From positions 64,001 through 128,000 of the forward strand of contig CBDFLE010000004.1 in assembly GCA_965248925.1 (NCBI GenBank): 64,000 nucleotides of DNA, given 5' to 3'. Both the position numbers and the translations under genes were made by a program. The stretch comes from Candidatus Multivoradales bacterium (lineage in GTDB: Bacteria > Acidobacteriota > Thermoanaerobaculia > Multivoradales > J023). How positions within the stretch are numbered: the stretch's first letter is position 1; every line of letters starts with the position of its first letter. Below, one piece after another: positions 26,363-39,095 of the stretch. The notes below the pieces were generated by a model that was not told the DNA's origin, ran no database searches, and worked only from the letters and a program-made list of their open reading frames with translations.

Positions 26363-28810
26363 ATGAAGTCTAGCTTCGTCAAGGCCGAGCACCTCGAGCT
26401 GCCGGTAGTCCCGCTGCGGGACATGGTGGTATTTCCCCACATGATGGCGCCGTTTATCGTCGGTCGCGAGAGTTCCGTGCGCGCATTGGAACGCGCCTTG
26501 GCCACTGCCGACAAACGCCTCTTCCTGGTCACCCAGCAGGATCCCAAGATCGACGATCCGCAGCGCGAAGACTTGCAGGATATTGGTGTCGTGGCACGGG
26601 TGATCCAGAACCTAAAGCTGCCTAATGGCAACGTCAAGGTGATGGTCGAAGGCGAGCGGCGAGCGCGGCTGGTCGGATTCATCGATGGTGAGGAAGGGTT
26701 GATGGCCGAGGTCGAGGCCTTCGAACTGACCTACCCGATGAGCGAGAAGCTCGAGACCTACATGGGTAAGGTCTTGGCCAGTTTCGAGCAGTACGCCAAG
26801 TCCTCGCACCATCTGGCCTTCGAAGGTCTGATGCCTAATCTCAAGCTCGACGACCCGGATCGTTTTGCTGACACGCTGGCTTCCCATCTGGTGATCCCAA
26901 CACCTGAGAAGCAGAGCCTGCTTGAGTTGGTCAATCCTTACGAGCGCCTGCAACGTCTGCACGACCTGATCGAAGTCGAAGTCGAGAAGGTCAACATCGA
27001 CAAGCGCATCAACGTGCAAGTCAAGAAGCAGATGGAAAAGGCGCAGAAGGAGTACTACCTCAACGAGAAGGTCAAGGCGATCCACCAAGAGCTGGGCCGC
27101 AAGGACGATCGCACCGACGAGCTGAACGAACTCAAAGAGCGAATCGCTGATTGTGGCATGCACAAGGAGGCGCGGGAGAAGGCCGATCAAGAGCTCAAGC
27201 GTCTCGAGGCGATGCCGCCGGTGTCGGCCGAAGCCACCGTCTCACGCAACTACATCGAGTGGTTGGTCAGCGTGCCGTGGAAGAAGAAGAGCCGCGAGCT
27301 GCGCGACCTCAAACGCGCTGAGCGCATCCTCGATGAAGACCACTTCGGTCTCGACAAGATCAAAGAGCGCATCTTGGAGTTCCTGGCGGTGCGTCAGCTG
27401 ACTCGCAAGACGCCGATGTCGATCATCTGCTTCGCCGGGCCTCCAGGAGTGGGCAAGTCTTCGTTGGCCAAGTCGATCGCCCGCGCCACGGGCCGAAAAT
27501 TTGTTCGTCTATCCCTCGGCGGGGTGCGCGATGAAGCCGAGATCCGTGGCCACCGCCGGACCTACATCGGTGCTTTCCCCGGTCAGATCCTGCAGATGAT
27601 GAAAAAGGCCAAGACGGTTAATCCGGTCTTCTTGCTCGATGAGATCGACAAGATGGCGATGGACTTCCGCGGCGATCCGGCGGCGGCATTGCTCGAAGTG
27701 CTCGATCCGGAGCAGAACGATACCTTCGTCGACCACTACATGGATGTCGAGTACGACCTCTCCTCGGTGATGTTCATCGCCACCGCCAACGTGCTGCATA
27801 CCATTCCGCCACCCCTGCGCGACCGCATGGAAGTGATCGAACTCTCCGGCTACACGCCGAACGAGAAGCTCTCCATCGGTCAGCAATTCTTGGTCGGCCG
27901 GCAGCTTGAAGCCCATGGTCTGAAGAACAGCAAGGTGACGATCGACGCGGCGGCGATCCGCGCGTTGATAGATGGCTATACCCGTGAGGCTGGGGTGCGC
28001 AACCTGGAGCGCGAGATCGCTTCGGTGTGCCGCAAGCTGGCACGCAAGGTGGTGGCTGAGGCCAAAGACAAGAAGCCCAAGAAGGCGATCAAGACAGTTG
28101 ATTTGTCGGTCGAGGGCGCTGAAGCGATTAGCGACTTACTCGGCAAACCTAAGTTCCGTCGTCGGCGCAAGCGCGAGAAATCGATGGTCGGAGTGGCTAC
28201 CGGCCTGGCTTGGACCGAAGCCGGTGGTGAGTTGCTCGAGACCCAGATCGGACTGATGACCGGCAAAGGCAAGCTCACCCTGACGGGTCAGTTGGGTGAT
28301 GTCATGCAAGAGTCGGCTCGCGCCGCGGTGAGCTATGTCCGTAGCCGAGTCGATATTCTGGGTATCGATCCAGAGTTCAACAGCAAGCTCGATGTTCACC
28401 TTCATGTTCCGGAAGGGGCGATTCCGAAAGACGGGCCGTCAGCCGGTATCACCATGGCGACTTCCTTAGTCTCTGCTCTAACCGGGATTGCGGTCCGCAA
28501 AGATGTGGCGATGACCGGCGAAATCACTCTGCGGGGGACGGTGTTGCCTGTTGGCGGAATCAAAGATAAGATACTGGCGGCCTTCCGCGCCGATATCACT
28601 GAGATCATCCTGCCAAGGGACAACGAGAAGGATCTGGAAGATATCCCAAGCGAGATCCGCGATGTGCTGACCGTGCATCCGGTCGAATCGATGGATGAAG
28701 TGCTCCGCGTAGCACTTGACGGCGAGATCACTCCTTTAGCCGAGGTCCAGGATAAGTTCGATAAGCCCGCGGCCGATGGCGCCGCGGACCCCGGTTCGCT
28801 GGCCCACTGA
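26363..28810 (+). CDS. lon: Lon protease
   Basis: [22 protein letters not shown]. Confidence 0.98.
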   Translation: MKSSFVKAEHLELPVVPLRDMVVFPHMMAPFIVGRESSVRALERALATADKRLFLVTQQDPKIDDPQREDLQDIGVVARVIQNLKLPNGNVKVMVEGERRARLVGFIDGEEGLMAEVEAFELTYPMSEKLETYMGKVLASFEQYAKSSHHLAFEGLMPNLKLDDPDRFADTLASHLVIPTPEKQSLLELVNPYERLQRLHDLIEVEVEKVNIDKRINVQVKKQMEKAQKEYYLNEKVKAIHQELGRKDDRTDELNELKERIADCGMHKEAREKADQELKRLEAMPPVSAEATVSRNYIEWLVSVPWKKKSRELRDLKRAERILDEDHFGLDKIKERILEFLAVRQLTRKTPMSIICFAGPPGVGKSSLAKSIARATGRKFVRLSLGGVRDEAEIRGHRRTYIGAFPGQILQMMKKAKTVNPVFLLDEIDKMAMDFRGDPAAALLEVLDPEQNDTFVDHYMDVEYDLSSVMFIATANVLHTIPPPLRDRMEVIELSGYTPNEKLSIGQQFLVGRQLEAHGLKNSKVTIDAAAIRALIDGYTREAGVRNLEREIASVCRKLARKVVAEAKDKKPKKAIKTVDLSVEGAEAISDLLGKPKFRRRRKREKSMVGVATGLAWTEAGGELLETQIGLMTGKGKLTLTGQLGDVMQESARAAVSYVRSRVDILGIDPEFNSKLDVHLHVPEGAIPKDGPSAGITMATSLVSALTGIAVRKDVAMTGEITLRGTVLPVGGIKDKILAAFRADITEIILPRDNEKDLEDIPSEIRDVLTVHPVESMDEVLRVALDGEITPLAEVQDKFDKPAADGAADPGSLAH

Positions 28811-29135
28811 GGGCTGAGTCGCCAGGCCGCGGATCGCCCTAGCGAGGCGGCGGTGCCGCCCAGCGAGGGTGGGCCGAGGGTAGCGATTCCCAGACGCATT
28901 GCAATTTGAGAGTCCAGGGACGATAACCGCCCCATTCGCGCTTCGAGTATCGAGATTTTGAGCCCGACGGAGAAAGGCACTTCGGGCCTGACAGGCTCGC
29001 CAGGTGCCGGGACCAAGAGTCGTCTGGACTACGAGATATCTGGGCTGCGTGCCGCCGCGCACTTCTGACGCTTCATCATTGACAGCCATTGGCCTTGACG
29101 ATCTAGGAGAAACCACCAGGTTTCACGAGGCAAGC

Positions 29136-29746
29136 TTGAGAATTGATTCAGCAGAGTTGGCCTGTTCGGCGTATCTCGAGTCGCAGCTGCTCAGTGATGG
29201 CAGGCCGGCGGCAGCTTTCGTTGGGCGCTCCAATGTTGGCAAGTCAACGATGATGAACCGGTTGTTGGGGCGGCGCAAGTTGGCACGAACCAGTTCCAAG
29301 CCTGGTCGTACCCGGTCGGTGAACTACTTTCTGATCAATGATCGTTGGTATTTCGTTGATCTGCCCGGTTATGGCTACGCCAAGGCCTCGAAGGCTGATC
29401 GCCAAGACTGGGCGCGGCTGATCGACGCCTACTTACGCTCCTGGACGCCAGGCTCGGTGTTGATCCAGTTGGTCGATGGCAAGGTGGGTGCCACAGTGTT
29501 GGACCTGCAGGCTCACGAATACCTCTGTGACTTGGGAATCCGGCCGTTGGTGGTCGCGACCAAGATCGACAAGGTGCCGCGCGGCAAGCGGCCCAAGGCG
29601 CTGGCGGAGATCCGCCGCCGCTTGGACATCGAGGCGGACGAGATTCTGGCCTTCTCGGCTCCGTCGAACGAAGGCATTAAAGACGTTTGGAAGGCAATTC
29701 TGGCCGGTATCGAATCGACGGCACGGCCTCTAACAACGGGAACATC

Positions 29747-29750
<4 letters not shown>
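29136..29750 (+). CDS. yihA: Ribosome biogenesis GTPase YihA/EngB
   Basis: [22 protein letters not shown]; TTG start inferred. Confidence 0.92.
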
Positions 29751-31225
<1,475 letters not shown>

Positions 31226-31391
31226 GGTCCCGTTACCGTGTCTTCCACCCCCGGAGCGGTCCCCCGTGCCGCCCCGGGGGGGCCAGCATCTCGGCCCGCC
31301 GCTTGCTCTAGCTGGCCTTCCGTCGACCGGGCACCGGTCGTATACTCCGAGCTTGGATCCTTCTCACCATTCGACGCCTTTGCCGACCGAG

Positions 31392-32738
31392 ATGAGTCGG
31401 GACGCGACCGCGCTACGGTCCGGAGAGGTTCTCTGTGGCTGGGGGCGCTTGCCGGTCGCTGGTCGAGAGCTGCGGTCGGAGAACCTCGAGCGAGTTAGTC
31501 GAGGCTTGCCCTTGACCCGTGGATTGGGCCGTTCGTATGGCGATGCCTCGTTACCACCGCCCGGACGGCCACTGGTGGCTGGATCACGGGTGGCTGATCG
31601 TCTGCTTGGTTTCGACCCGGCAACTGGGCTGCTACACGCCGAGGCGGGCTTGTCCTTGGGCGAGATGGAGCGTGTGTTCTGGCCGCGGGGCTTCTCGCCA
31701 CCGGTGCTGACCGGCACTCGCCATGTGACCCTCGGCGGGATGGTGGCGGCCGACGTTCACGGCAAGAATCACCACGTCGCCGGCACCATCGGCCGGCATG
31801 TCGAGCGTCTGCGTTTGCTAGTTGCCGACGACTCGGTGCTGTGGTGTTCACGGCAGCAGCATGGTGAACTCTTTCGCGCCACTCTCGGTGGCATGGGACT
31901 GACCGGCCATATTCTCGAGGTCGAGTTGCGGCTCGAGGCCATCCCCAGCGCTTGGATCTACTGCGAGAGCGAGCGGGTCGCCAACCTCGATCGGTTTCTT
32001 GAGCAGCTTGAGACGGCGGCGGATCACTGGCCGCTGACCGTGGGCTGGATTGACACCTTGAAACAGGGTCGGGCAATGGGTCGCGGCATCTTGATTCGTG
32101 GCCGCTGGGCGGCTGCCGAGGAAGCTCCTTCAGAGCCGCCGACAGCCCGTCGAGGAACCCTGCCGGTGCCGTTTGTGCTGCCCGGTTGGTTGCTCAATCG
32201 GGTCAGTGTGGGCCTGTTTAATTTTGCCTATTACCACAAGCATTGGCGCCGTCAGCAGAGGGGGATCGCCCATCCACAATCCTTTTTTCATCCCCTCGAC
32301 GGGATTGCCGAATGGAACAAAATCTACGGTCGGCGGGGATTCACTCAATACCAATGCTTGATTCCGCGCGCCGCCGGGGCGGCGGGTGTGCGGCGGATCT
32401 TGCAGCTCTTGGCCAGTGCTGGCGGCACCTCCTTCCTGTCGGTGATCAAAGACTGCGGTGAGCGGGGCGAGGGCCTGCTCTCATTTCCCGGCCCGGGGAT
32501 CACCCTGGCGGTCGATTTGCCGGTCACCGGCCGCACCCAAGATCTGATCGACCAGCTCGACAGGGCGCTGATCGCCGAAGGAGGCCGGATTTACTTGGCC
32601 AAGGATGCCTTTACCCGGGCTGAGCACTACCGCGCCATGGAGCCACGGTTGGAGCGTTTTCAGGTGCTACGGCGACAGTGGGATCCTCATCAGCGATTGG
32701 CCAGCGCCTTATCGGTACGATTGTTGGGAGACCGCTAA
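31392..32738 (+). CDS. FAD-binding oxidoreductase, DprE1-like
   Basis: [33 protein letters not shown]. Confidence 0.9.
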   Translation: MSRDATALRSGEVLCGWGRLPVAGRELRSENLERVSRGLPLTRGLGRSYGDASLPPPGRPLVAGSRVADRLLGFDPATGLLHAEAGLSLGEMERVFWPRGFSPPVLTGTRHVTLGGMVAADVHGKNHHVAGTIGRHVERLRLLVADDSVLWCSRQQHGELFRATLGGMGLTGHILEVELRLEAIPSAWIYCESERVANLDRFLEQLETAADHWPLTVGWIDTLKQGRAMGRGILIRGRWAAAEEAPSEPPTARRGTLPVPFVLPGWLLNRVSVGLFNFAYYHKHWRRQQRGIAHPQSFFHPLDGIAEWNKIYGRRGFTQYQCLIPRAAGAAGVRRILQLLASAGGTSFLSVIKDCGERGEGLLSFPGPGITLAVDLPVTGRTQDLIDQLDRALIAEGGRIYLAKDAFTRAEHYRAMEPRLERFQVLRRQWDPHQRLASALSVRLLGDR

Positions 32739-33478
32739 TGAAAGTCGTTTTTCTGGGGGCCACCCGTGGCATCGGCCGAGCCATGGCGCGGCAGATGGCC
32801 GAGCGTGGCGACTCCTTGGTTTTGCTCGGCCGCGACCTGGAAGAGCTGCGGCGTAGCGCCGCCGACCTTGAGGTTCGCGGACCAGCAAAGGCTGTAGTAA
32901 CGGTGGTCAGTTGCGACCTCGAGCAGCCCGAAACCCTCGGTCCAGCCCTGGCGCGGGCCGCGGAGCTGCTCGCAGGGTTCGATACGGTGGTTTGCACCGC
33001 CGGCATCTTCGCTACCCAAGAAAAACTCGAAACCGATCCGGCGGCCAGCGGCCGCCTGCTGCGGGTTAATCTCGCCCACAGCGTCCAATTTGCTGAAGAA
33101 GCGCGATTGCGCCTACTGGCGGCGGGGGGCGGCACATTGTGCATGTTCGCCTCGGTGGCGGGTGATCGAGGCCGCAAGCCAGTGGTGATCTACGGCGCTT
33201 CTAAAGCTGGCCTGGCGGCCTATCTCGAAGGGCTCGATCACCGTTACCACGCCCAGGGGCTGCGGGTAGTTTGCATCAAACCAGGTTTCGTTCACACCTC
33301 GATGACCGCTGGCTTGGTGGCACCGCCCTTCGCCGGTCAGCCCGAGAAAGTCGCCGCCGATGCTCTGCGGGCGATCGACCGCGGCCGACCGGTGCTCTAC
33401 ACCCCCTGGCCTTGGCGCTGGGTGATGGCGGTTATCCGCCGCTTGCCGCGGGTGGTGATGCGGCGGGTGGGATTCTGA
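32738..33478 (+). CDS. SDR oxidoreductase, DprE2-like
   Basis: GATRGIG, SVAGDRGR, YGASK; TAATG coupling to the upstream gene. Confidence 0.88.
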   Translation: MKVVFLGATRGIGRAMARQMAERGDSLVLLGRDLEELRRSAADLEVRGPAKAVVTVVSCDLEQPETLGPALARAAELLAGFDTVVCTAGIFATQEKLETDPAASGRLLRVNLAHSVQFAEEARLRLLAAGGGTLCMFASVAGDRGRKPVVIYGASKAGLAAYLEGLDHRYHAQGLRVVCIKPGFVHTSMTAGLVAPPFAGQPEKVAADALRAIDRGRPVLYTPWPWRWVMAVIRRLPRVVMRRVGF

Positions 33479-33545
33479 AGTCTAGCGACTCCTGGATGCC
33501 CGCCAACTGGGTCGGCTGATCGGCCTGCCGAGGAATCTCGTTGGG

Positions 33546-35231
33546 TCAGCCGGATGGGCCTGGGTAGGTGAACAGCGGGTGGCTGTCGGAGGGCGGCAAC
33601 TCTCGGCAGTGATCGGTCAGCGCCGCGGTACCTACGAGGTGCCAGCGGCGGCGGTGTCGGAGTCCAACCAGGAGGCTATGAGTCGGGTCGAAGCAGGGCT
33701 CGAGGTAACGCCGCGGCACCAGCACCCGGCGATCGGTCGCCGAGCCGAGCCAAGCTGCTGCCTGCCGGGTCTGCTGCTCTGCTTCGGTGTGGAAGCCGAA
33801 GTGGGTCACCGGACGATCGGCGAATAGTGCCAGCTGCTCAGGCCAGGTGACTAGGGCAAGTTCAGTGGTCGAGGTGAGGATTTCACCGACCCTTGCCATG
33901 AAGGGTGCCGCGGAGCGGGTGGGGTTGATCAGTGGGTAGCCAACCCAGCCATAGAGGAGCCAGCTGCTGCACAGAAAACCGACCACCCCGAGCACTCGGC
34001 AGTGGACGGTGAGCAACCAGGTGGCGCCGCAGAGCAGCAGCAGCAGGGCTAACCACCAGCTGCTGGCGCCGAGCTGCTGCTCTACTTCGGTCCAGGAAGC
34101 GGGAAGGGCCCAGCGCGCCGCCACCACCAAAGCAAGAAATACTGTCAGGGAAACAAGGAAGATCTTGGCAAGTTGCTGAACCCTAGCTAGCGAGCGCATC
34201 TCGGCCAACCAGGGTGCCGTTACCAATGCCAGGGCAGGCACCGCCGGCAGCAGATAAACCCCACGTTTGCCAGCGCTGAAGCTGAAGAAAACCACCAGCA
34301 GGGCGATCCAACCGAGCAATAACAGTGTGGTCGGGTTCTGCTGGCGAAGACTCTTCGCCCAGCGCCTAATCAGCCATGGCAACAGCAGAATGGTCGGTAG
34401 CCAGAGCAAGGGAATGCGGGTCAGATAGAACCACGGGGGGTGGATGTGTCCCCAGGACTGGGCATAGCGTTCGGCGGTCTGGTGCCACAAGATATTGGCG
34501 CGGTAGGCGTCATAGGCGGGACTCTGCTGCGTCTCTACGACCCACCACATCGGAACTAGCCAGAGGGCGATGGCTACGAAGGTGAATGCTGGCGCCAGCA
34601 ACCAGCGCCAGTGGCCGTCTTCGATCTCTGCCAGGCCCGGCCAGCGTAGGAGGCGCGCCAGTAGGTAGGGCAGCAGTAGCAAGTAAGGCAGAAAGCCAAC
34701 CCCTTTAGTGATCACTCCGAGGCCCATGGCGAAGCCGGCCAGGGAGTATGCAGCCCAAGAAGGTCCGGCGAGCAAATGGCGAAGTAGTCCCCACAGAGCC
34801 AAAGTGGTCCAAAAGCAGAGTAAGGCGTCGATTTGGCCGGTGCGGGCTTGGACGGTGAATTGTGCGGTCAGCAACAAGATCCAGCCGGCAATCCAGCCGC
34901 TCTTGGCATTCCACAGCCTGGCGCCGAGATCCTTGATCAACAGCAGGGTTGCCATGGCGGCGAGCAGCGAGGGCAGCAAGTGCGCCCAGCGTAGTGAGCC
35001 GCTCAGGGCATAACCCACCGCCACGCTCCAGATGAAGATTGGCGGCTTGTCCGGGTAGGGTTCGCTTGCCCGGTGAGGGATCCACCACTGGCCGGTCTCC
35101 ACCATCTCTTTAGCGATCAGAGCGAAGCGCGGCTCGTCAGCCGGCCACGGATCCTTGAGGCCCAGACCAGCGCTGAGCACCAGCAGAGCGACCGGTAGCA
35201 GCAGGCGATAGGGGGCGACGGCCAGGGTCAT
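33546..35231 (-). CDS. ArnT-family membrane glycosyltransferase
   Basis: PADEPRFA, YPDKPP, ITKG, KRGVYLLP. Confidence 0.88.
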   Translation of the reverse strand: MTLAVAPYRLLLPVALLVLSAGLGLKDPWPADEPRFALIAKEMVETGQWWIPHRASEPYPDKPPIFIWSVAVGYALSGSLRWAHLLPSLLAAMATLLLIKDLGARLWNAKSGWIAGWILLLTAQFTVQARTGQIDALLCFWTTLALWGLLRHLLAGPSWAAYSLAGFAMGLGVITKGVGFLPYLLLLPYLLARLLRWPGLAEIEDGHWRWLLAPAFTFVAIALWLVPMWWVVETQQSPAYDAYRANILWHQTAERYAQSWGHIHPPWFYLTRIPLLWLPTILLLPWLIRRWAKSLRQQNPTTLLLLGWIALLVVFFSFSAGKRGVYLLPAVPALALVTAPWLAEMRSLARVQQLAKIFLVSLTVFLALVVAARWALPASWTEVEQQLGASSWWLALLLLLCGATWLLTVHCRVLGVVGFLCSSWLLYGWVGYPLINPTRSAAPFMARVGEILTSTTELALVTWPEQLALFADRPVTHFGFHTEAEQQTRQAAAWLGSATDRRVLVPRRYLEPCFDPTHSLLVGLRHRRRWHLVGTAALTDHCRELPPSDSHPLFTYPGPSG

Positions 35232-35241
35232 GGGCCGTGGC

Positions 35242-36051
35242 TCAGGCGACAGCGTTTGGCGCCGACTCTGCTCGGTCTTGCAAGCGTGGTGGGGTCGCCC
35301 CTACTTCCAGGGCAGCGTAAGACTCGAGGGCCACATGTCGGGCCGCTAGCCAGCGAACGCCGAAGAGATCGGCCAGGCCACGCCAGAGCCGATTGCCGAC
35401 GCCGTACTTGCTGACGCCATGTATCCGCGGCCGGTGATTCACCGAAATCTCGAGTAGGCGGGCGCCGCGTAATTCCAGGATGCAGGGTAGAAAGCGGTGC
35501 AGACCATTGAAGCGTGGCAGATCTCGCAGCCAACTGGCGCGATAGGCCTTGAGCGAACAACCGACATCGTGAATCGAGTCGCCAGTAACCCATCGGCGGG
35601 CTCGATTGGCGATTCGCGAGGAGACTCGGCGGACCACGGAATCTTGGCGCCGAGCCCGCACTCCGGAGACCACGTCGTAGTCAGCCAGGGCATCTAGAAG
35701 CCGGGGAATGTCGGCCGGATCGTTCTGCAGGTCGGCATCCAGGCTGATGATTGATGCACCCCGAGAGGCTTGGAAGCCGGCCAGTAATGCCGCCGATTGG
35801 CCCAAGTTTTTTGGCGAGGCTAGCAGCCGAAGAGAGGGAAACTCGGCAGCCAAGCTGCGGAGTTCCCCGAGGCTGCCGTCGCTACTGCCGTCGTCGATCA
35901 AGACAATCTCGTAGGACCCAGCTTGGCTGCTGAGAGCAATCTCGATCTCGGTACACAGGGGACGCAAGTTGTCGAGTTCCTCGAATACCGGGACGACGAT
36001 CGACAGCCGCGGCAAGTTCGCAGGCTGGTCGTTGATGGGGGGTTGGAACAT
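35242..36051 (-). CDS. GT2 polyprenol-phosphate glycosyltransferase (ArnC/Dpm1-like)
   Basis: SIVVPVFEE, DDGSSD, LDADLQNDP, HRFLP; start may be 36072. Confidence 0.9.
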   Translation of the reverse strand: MFQPPINDQPANLPRLSIVVPVFEELDNLRPLCTEIEIALSSQAGSYEIVLIDDGSSDGSLGELRSLAAEFPSLRLLASPKNLGQSAALLAGFQASRGASIISLDADLQNDPADIPRLLDALADYDVVSGVRARRQDSVVRRVSSRIANRARRWVTGDSIHDVGCSLKAYRASWLRDLPRFNGLHRFLPCILELRGARLLEISVNHRPRIHGVSKYGVGNRLWRGLADLFGVRWLAARHVALESYAALEVGATPPRLQDRAESAPNAVA

Positions 36052-36068
36052 CAATGTCTCCAGACGGA

Positions 36069-37106
36069 TCACTGTCCTACAGCCTGATGTAGAGGAAGCA
36101 CGGTAGCCAGGGATGAGCCACGCTCTACCACCGGCGGTGGGTTGCGAAGCAGAGGCTGTTGATCGTGGTACCAGTGACAAAACCGCTGCAGGCCCTCGCC
36201 CAGACCTACTTCGGGCCGGTAGCCCAGCAGTCGCCGTGCCTTGAGGATGTCGGCGTGCGTCAGAGGAACATCCCCCGGCTGGTCGGTGCGCCGGTCGATG
36301 CGTGGAACGACCCCCAGAGCGTCTGCCAGCAAGCGCACCAATTCGGCCAGTGAGGTGGTCTCGGCACCCCCGAGATTGATGATCTCAAAGGGCGGAGCGA
36401 GTGCTAGCGCGGCGACGATGCCGCTGAGGATATCATCAATAAAAGTGTAGTCGCGGCGGCTGGAGCCATCGCCGAAGAGAGGTAGGGGTTCGCCTCGGGC
36501 CAGCAGCTTGGCGAAACTGTGGATCGCCATCTCGGGCCGTTGACGTGGCCCATAGACGGTGAAAAAGCGTAGGCAAGTGACCCGCATCCCATAGAGGTGG
36601 TGGTAGTTGAAGGCCAGCAGCTCGGCGGCGCGCTTGGAGGTGGCGTAGGGGCTGATCGGGTACTCGATCGGGTCCGTCTCGGTGAAGGGTGCCTTGGTCT
36701 GCAAGCCATAGACTGAAGACGACGAGCCAAGAATGAAGACTTTGGGGCCGTAGCGGCGGGCGGCTTCGAGTAGCCGCAGAGTGCCGCCACAGTTGACCTC
36801 CTGGTACAGCATTGGCTGCCTCAGGCTGGGCCGAACTCCGGCGCGGGCCGCCAAGTGGACGACGGCATCGAACTCACCGTGCGCAAACAGCTGGTCGACC
36901 CGCTGGGCGTCGCGAATATCGCCTTCGACCAGACGGAAATTACGCAGGTCGCTGACCGCTGCCAGGTTGCGTCTTTTGATCGCAGGATCGTAGAAATCAT
37001 CGAGGTTATCGAGCACGGTCACTCGATCGCCACTATCGAGCAGCCGTTCGACGAGGTGCGAGCCGATGAATCCGGCGCCGCCAGTGATCAGCACATGGCG
37101 ACTCAC
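36069..37106 (-). CDS. NAD-dependent epimerase (UDP-glucuronate 4-epimerase-like)
   Basis: GGAGFIG, HLAARAGVR, SSSSVYG, YATSK. Confidence 0.9.
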   Translation of the reverse strand: MSRHVLITGGAGFIGSHLVERLLDSGDRVTVLDNLDDFYDPAIKRRNLAAVSDLRNFRLVEGDIRDAQRVDQLFAHGEFDAVVHLAARAGVRPSLRQPMLYQEVNCGGTLRLLEAARRYGPKVFILGSSSSVYGLQTKAPFTETDPIEYPISPYATSKRAAELLAFNYHHLYGMRVTCLRFFTVYGPRQRPEMAIHSFAKLLARGEPLPLFGDGSSRRDYTFIDDILSGIVAALALAPPFEIINLGGAETTSLAELVRLLADALGVVPRIDRRTDQPGDVPLTHADILKARRLLGYRPEVGLGEGLQRFCHWYHDQQPLLRNPPPVVERGSSLATVLPLHQAVGQ

Positions 37107-37407
37107 TCGGGCAACCTCAGGTGGTACCGCCGAAGGTTGCTCGTCAGATAGACCTGCGTCTTCCAGCTGAGCGCGGTGGGATCTCGGGGCGGTGACTCAG
37201 GTACCGGCGATCTTGCTGCGACGGCTCTGCTCATACCGAAAGAGAGTCAGCAGGACGGCTTTCCCTTCGCTTTTCGCTTTGAAAATTGCAAATTTTGCCG
37301 GCGGCTGAAGGCAAGTGAGGCGCAGTCCGCTGAGCGACAGACTTGTTTCGGGGACTAGCGAGAGCCTGAAGGTCTACTGCCTCAGTCGGGCCTAAGCGGG
37401 CCGGCTC

Positions 37408-38481
37408 TCAGCTACCGAGTCGGCTGAGAACCTGATCGGTAAATGCCTCGGTAGAGAGGCTTGCTTGGCCCTCGGGGGTCAGATCGGCGGTCAGGTGGCC
37501 GGCGGTGAGGGTTGATTCGACCGCGGTCTCGATGCGGCGAGCAGGCTCTTCCAAGTCGAGGCTGTAGCGCAGTAGGAGGGCGGCGCTGAGGATGGCACCG
37601 GTGGGGTTGGCGATTCCCTGGCCGGCGATATCCGGCGCTGATCCATGGATCGGCTCGTAGAGTCCTCGCCGGTCGGCGCTCAAGCTGGCCGAGGGCAGGA
37701 CTCCCAGCGATCCCGCCAGCACCGCCGCGGCATCGCTCAAGATGTCGCCGAATAAATTGCCGGCGAGGATGACATCGAAGTCCGCCGGCCGGGTGAGCAG
37801 CTGCATGGCGCAGGAGTCGACCAAGCGATGTTCAAGCGTCACTTCGGGATATCGCTCAGCGACTTGATCGACGGTCCGCCGCCACAGGCGCATCGAAGCC
37901 AGCACATTGGCTTTGTCGACCGACACTAGATGGCGCCGTCGGCGTTGAGCGGCGGCGAAAGCGACGTGAGCCACCCTCTCGACTTCGGCCACCGAATACA
38001 CCATCGTGTCGTAAGCCTCGTCGCCGCCGCCTTGCTCTTGGCGAGGGCCAAAGTACAAGCCGCCGGTCAGTTCGCGGACAAAGAGGATGTCGACTCCTTC
38101 GAGCAGTTCAGCACGCAGCGGCGCTAGCGGCCGCAAGGCTTTGAGCACCGGCACTGGACGCAGGTTGGCGAACAGGCCGAAGTGCCGTCGTAAACGCAGC
38201 AACCCCTGCTCCGGGCGCACCGTTGCCGTTGGGTTGCTCCAGCACGGTCCGCCGACTGCGCCGAGCAGCATGGCGGCGGCGCGTTGGGCCAAGTCGATGG
38301 TGGCGGGGGGCAGGGGATCGCCTTCGAGGTCGATGGCGGTACCGCCGATCAGACCCTCTTCGAAGCGCAATTCACGACTTCCGCCGTGGGTGGCGGCGAT
38401 CAGCACTCTGCGGGCGGCGGCGGTGACCTCGGGGCCGACGCCGTCGCCGGGCAGGAGAGCGACCAGAGCGCGGTCTTTCAT
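37408..38481 (-). CDS. leuB: 3-isopropylmalate dehydrogenase
   Basis: PGDGVGPE, RELTGGLYFG, NLFGDILSD, EPIHGSAPDI. Confidence 0.96.
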   Translation of the reverse strand: MKDRALVALLPGDGVGPEVTAAARRVLIAATHGGSRELRFEEGLIGGTAIDLEGDPLPPATIDLAQRAAAMLLGAVGGPCWSNPTATVRPEQGLLRLRRHFGLFANLRPVPVLKALRPLAPLRAELLEGVDILFVRELTGGLYFGPRQEQGGGDEAYDTMVYSVAEVERVAHVAFAAAQRRRRHLVSVDKANVLASMRLWRRTVDQVAERYPEVTLEHRLVDSCAMQLLTRPADFDVILAGNLFGDILSDAAAVLAGSLGVLPSASLSADRRGLYEPIHGSAPDIAGQGIANPTGAILSAALLLRYSLDLEEPARRIETAVESTLTAGHLTADLTPEGQASLSTEAFTDQVLSRLGS

Positions 38482-39095
38482 CATCCTGCACTGCCGATCT
38501 GCCGACTGTCGAAGGTCGGTGGATGGCTGGCCTCATAGGCTTCGAGAGCCTTCTGCTGGCGTAGCAAGTAGCCCAACTGATCGACCCCATCAAGCAGACA
38601 GCGGCGAGCGAAGGGATCGACCTCGAAGGCCACCGGCTCGCCGCCGGGCAGATGCCACAGGCAACTCTCGAGATCGATGCTCACTTCGATCGCCGGCTTG
38701 GCCGCTACTGCGGCTTGCAATCTCTGCCAGGTGGTCTTGTCGGTCTCGATCGGCAGCAGCCCGTTCTTCAACGAGTTGCTGCGAAAAATATCGGCAAAGC
38801 GGGGACTGATGACGGCGCGAAAGCCGTGGTCTAGGAGCGCCCAGGGGGCATGTTCGCGTGAGCTGCCACAGCCGAAGTTCTCCCCTGCCAGCAGCACTTG
38901 CGAGCCCTGGTGTTGGTGCTGGTTGAGAACGAATTCCGGATCCTGCCGCCAGTGGGCGAAGAGGCCGGCAGCGAGTCCCTCGCGGGTGGTCGTCTTGAGG
39001 AAGCTTGCGGGGATGATTTGGTCAGTGTCGACATCGTTGGACGGCAGCGGTACCAGGCGGCTCTGGAGCTGGCTAAAACGGGGTGGTTGGCTCAT
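38481..39095 (-). CDS. leuD: 3-isopropylmalate dehydratase small subunit
   Basis: DTDQIIP, NFGCGSSREHAPW. Confidence 0.96.
   Translation of the reverse strand: MSQPPRFSQLQSRLVPLPSNDVDTDQIIPASFLKTTTREGLAAGLFAHWRQDPEFVLNQHQHQGSQVLLAGENFGCGSSREHAPWALLDHGFRAVISPRFADIFRSNSLKNGLLPIETDKTTWQRLQAAVAAKPAIEVSIDLESCLWHLPGGEPVAFEVDPFARRCLLDGVDQLGYLLRQQKALEAYEASHPPTFDSRQIGSAG

Noticed and set aside
28811-29135. Intergenic gap between lon and yihA as an ncRNA
   Set aside because: No recognisable RNA family or convincing structure
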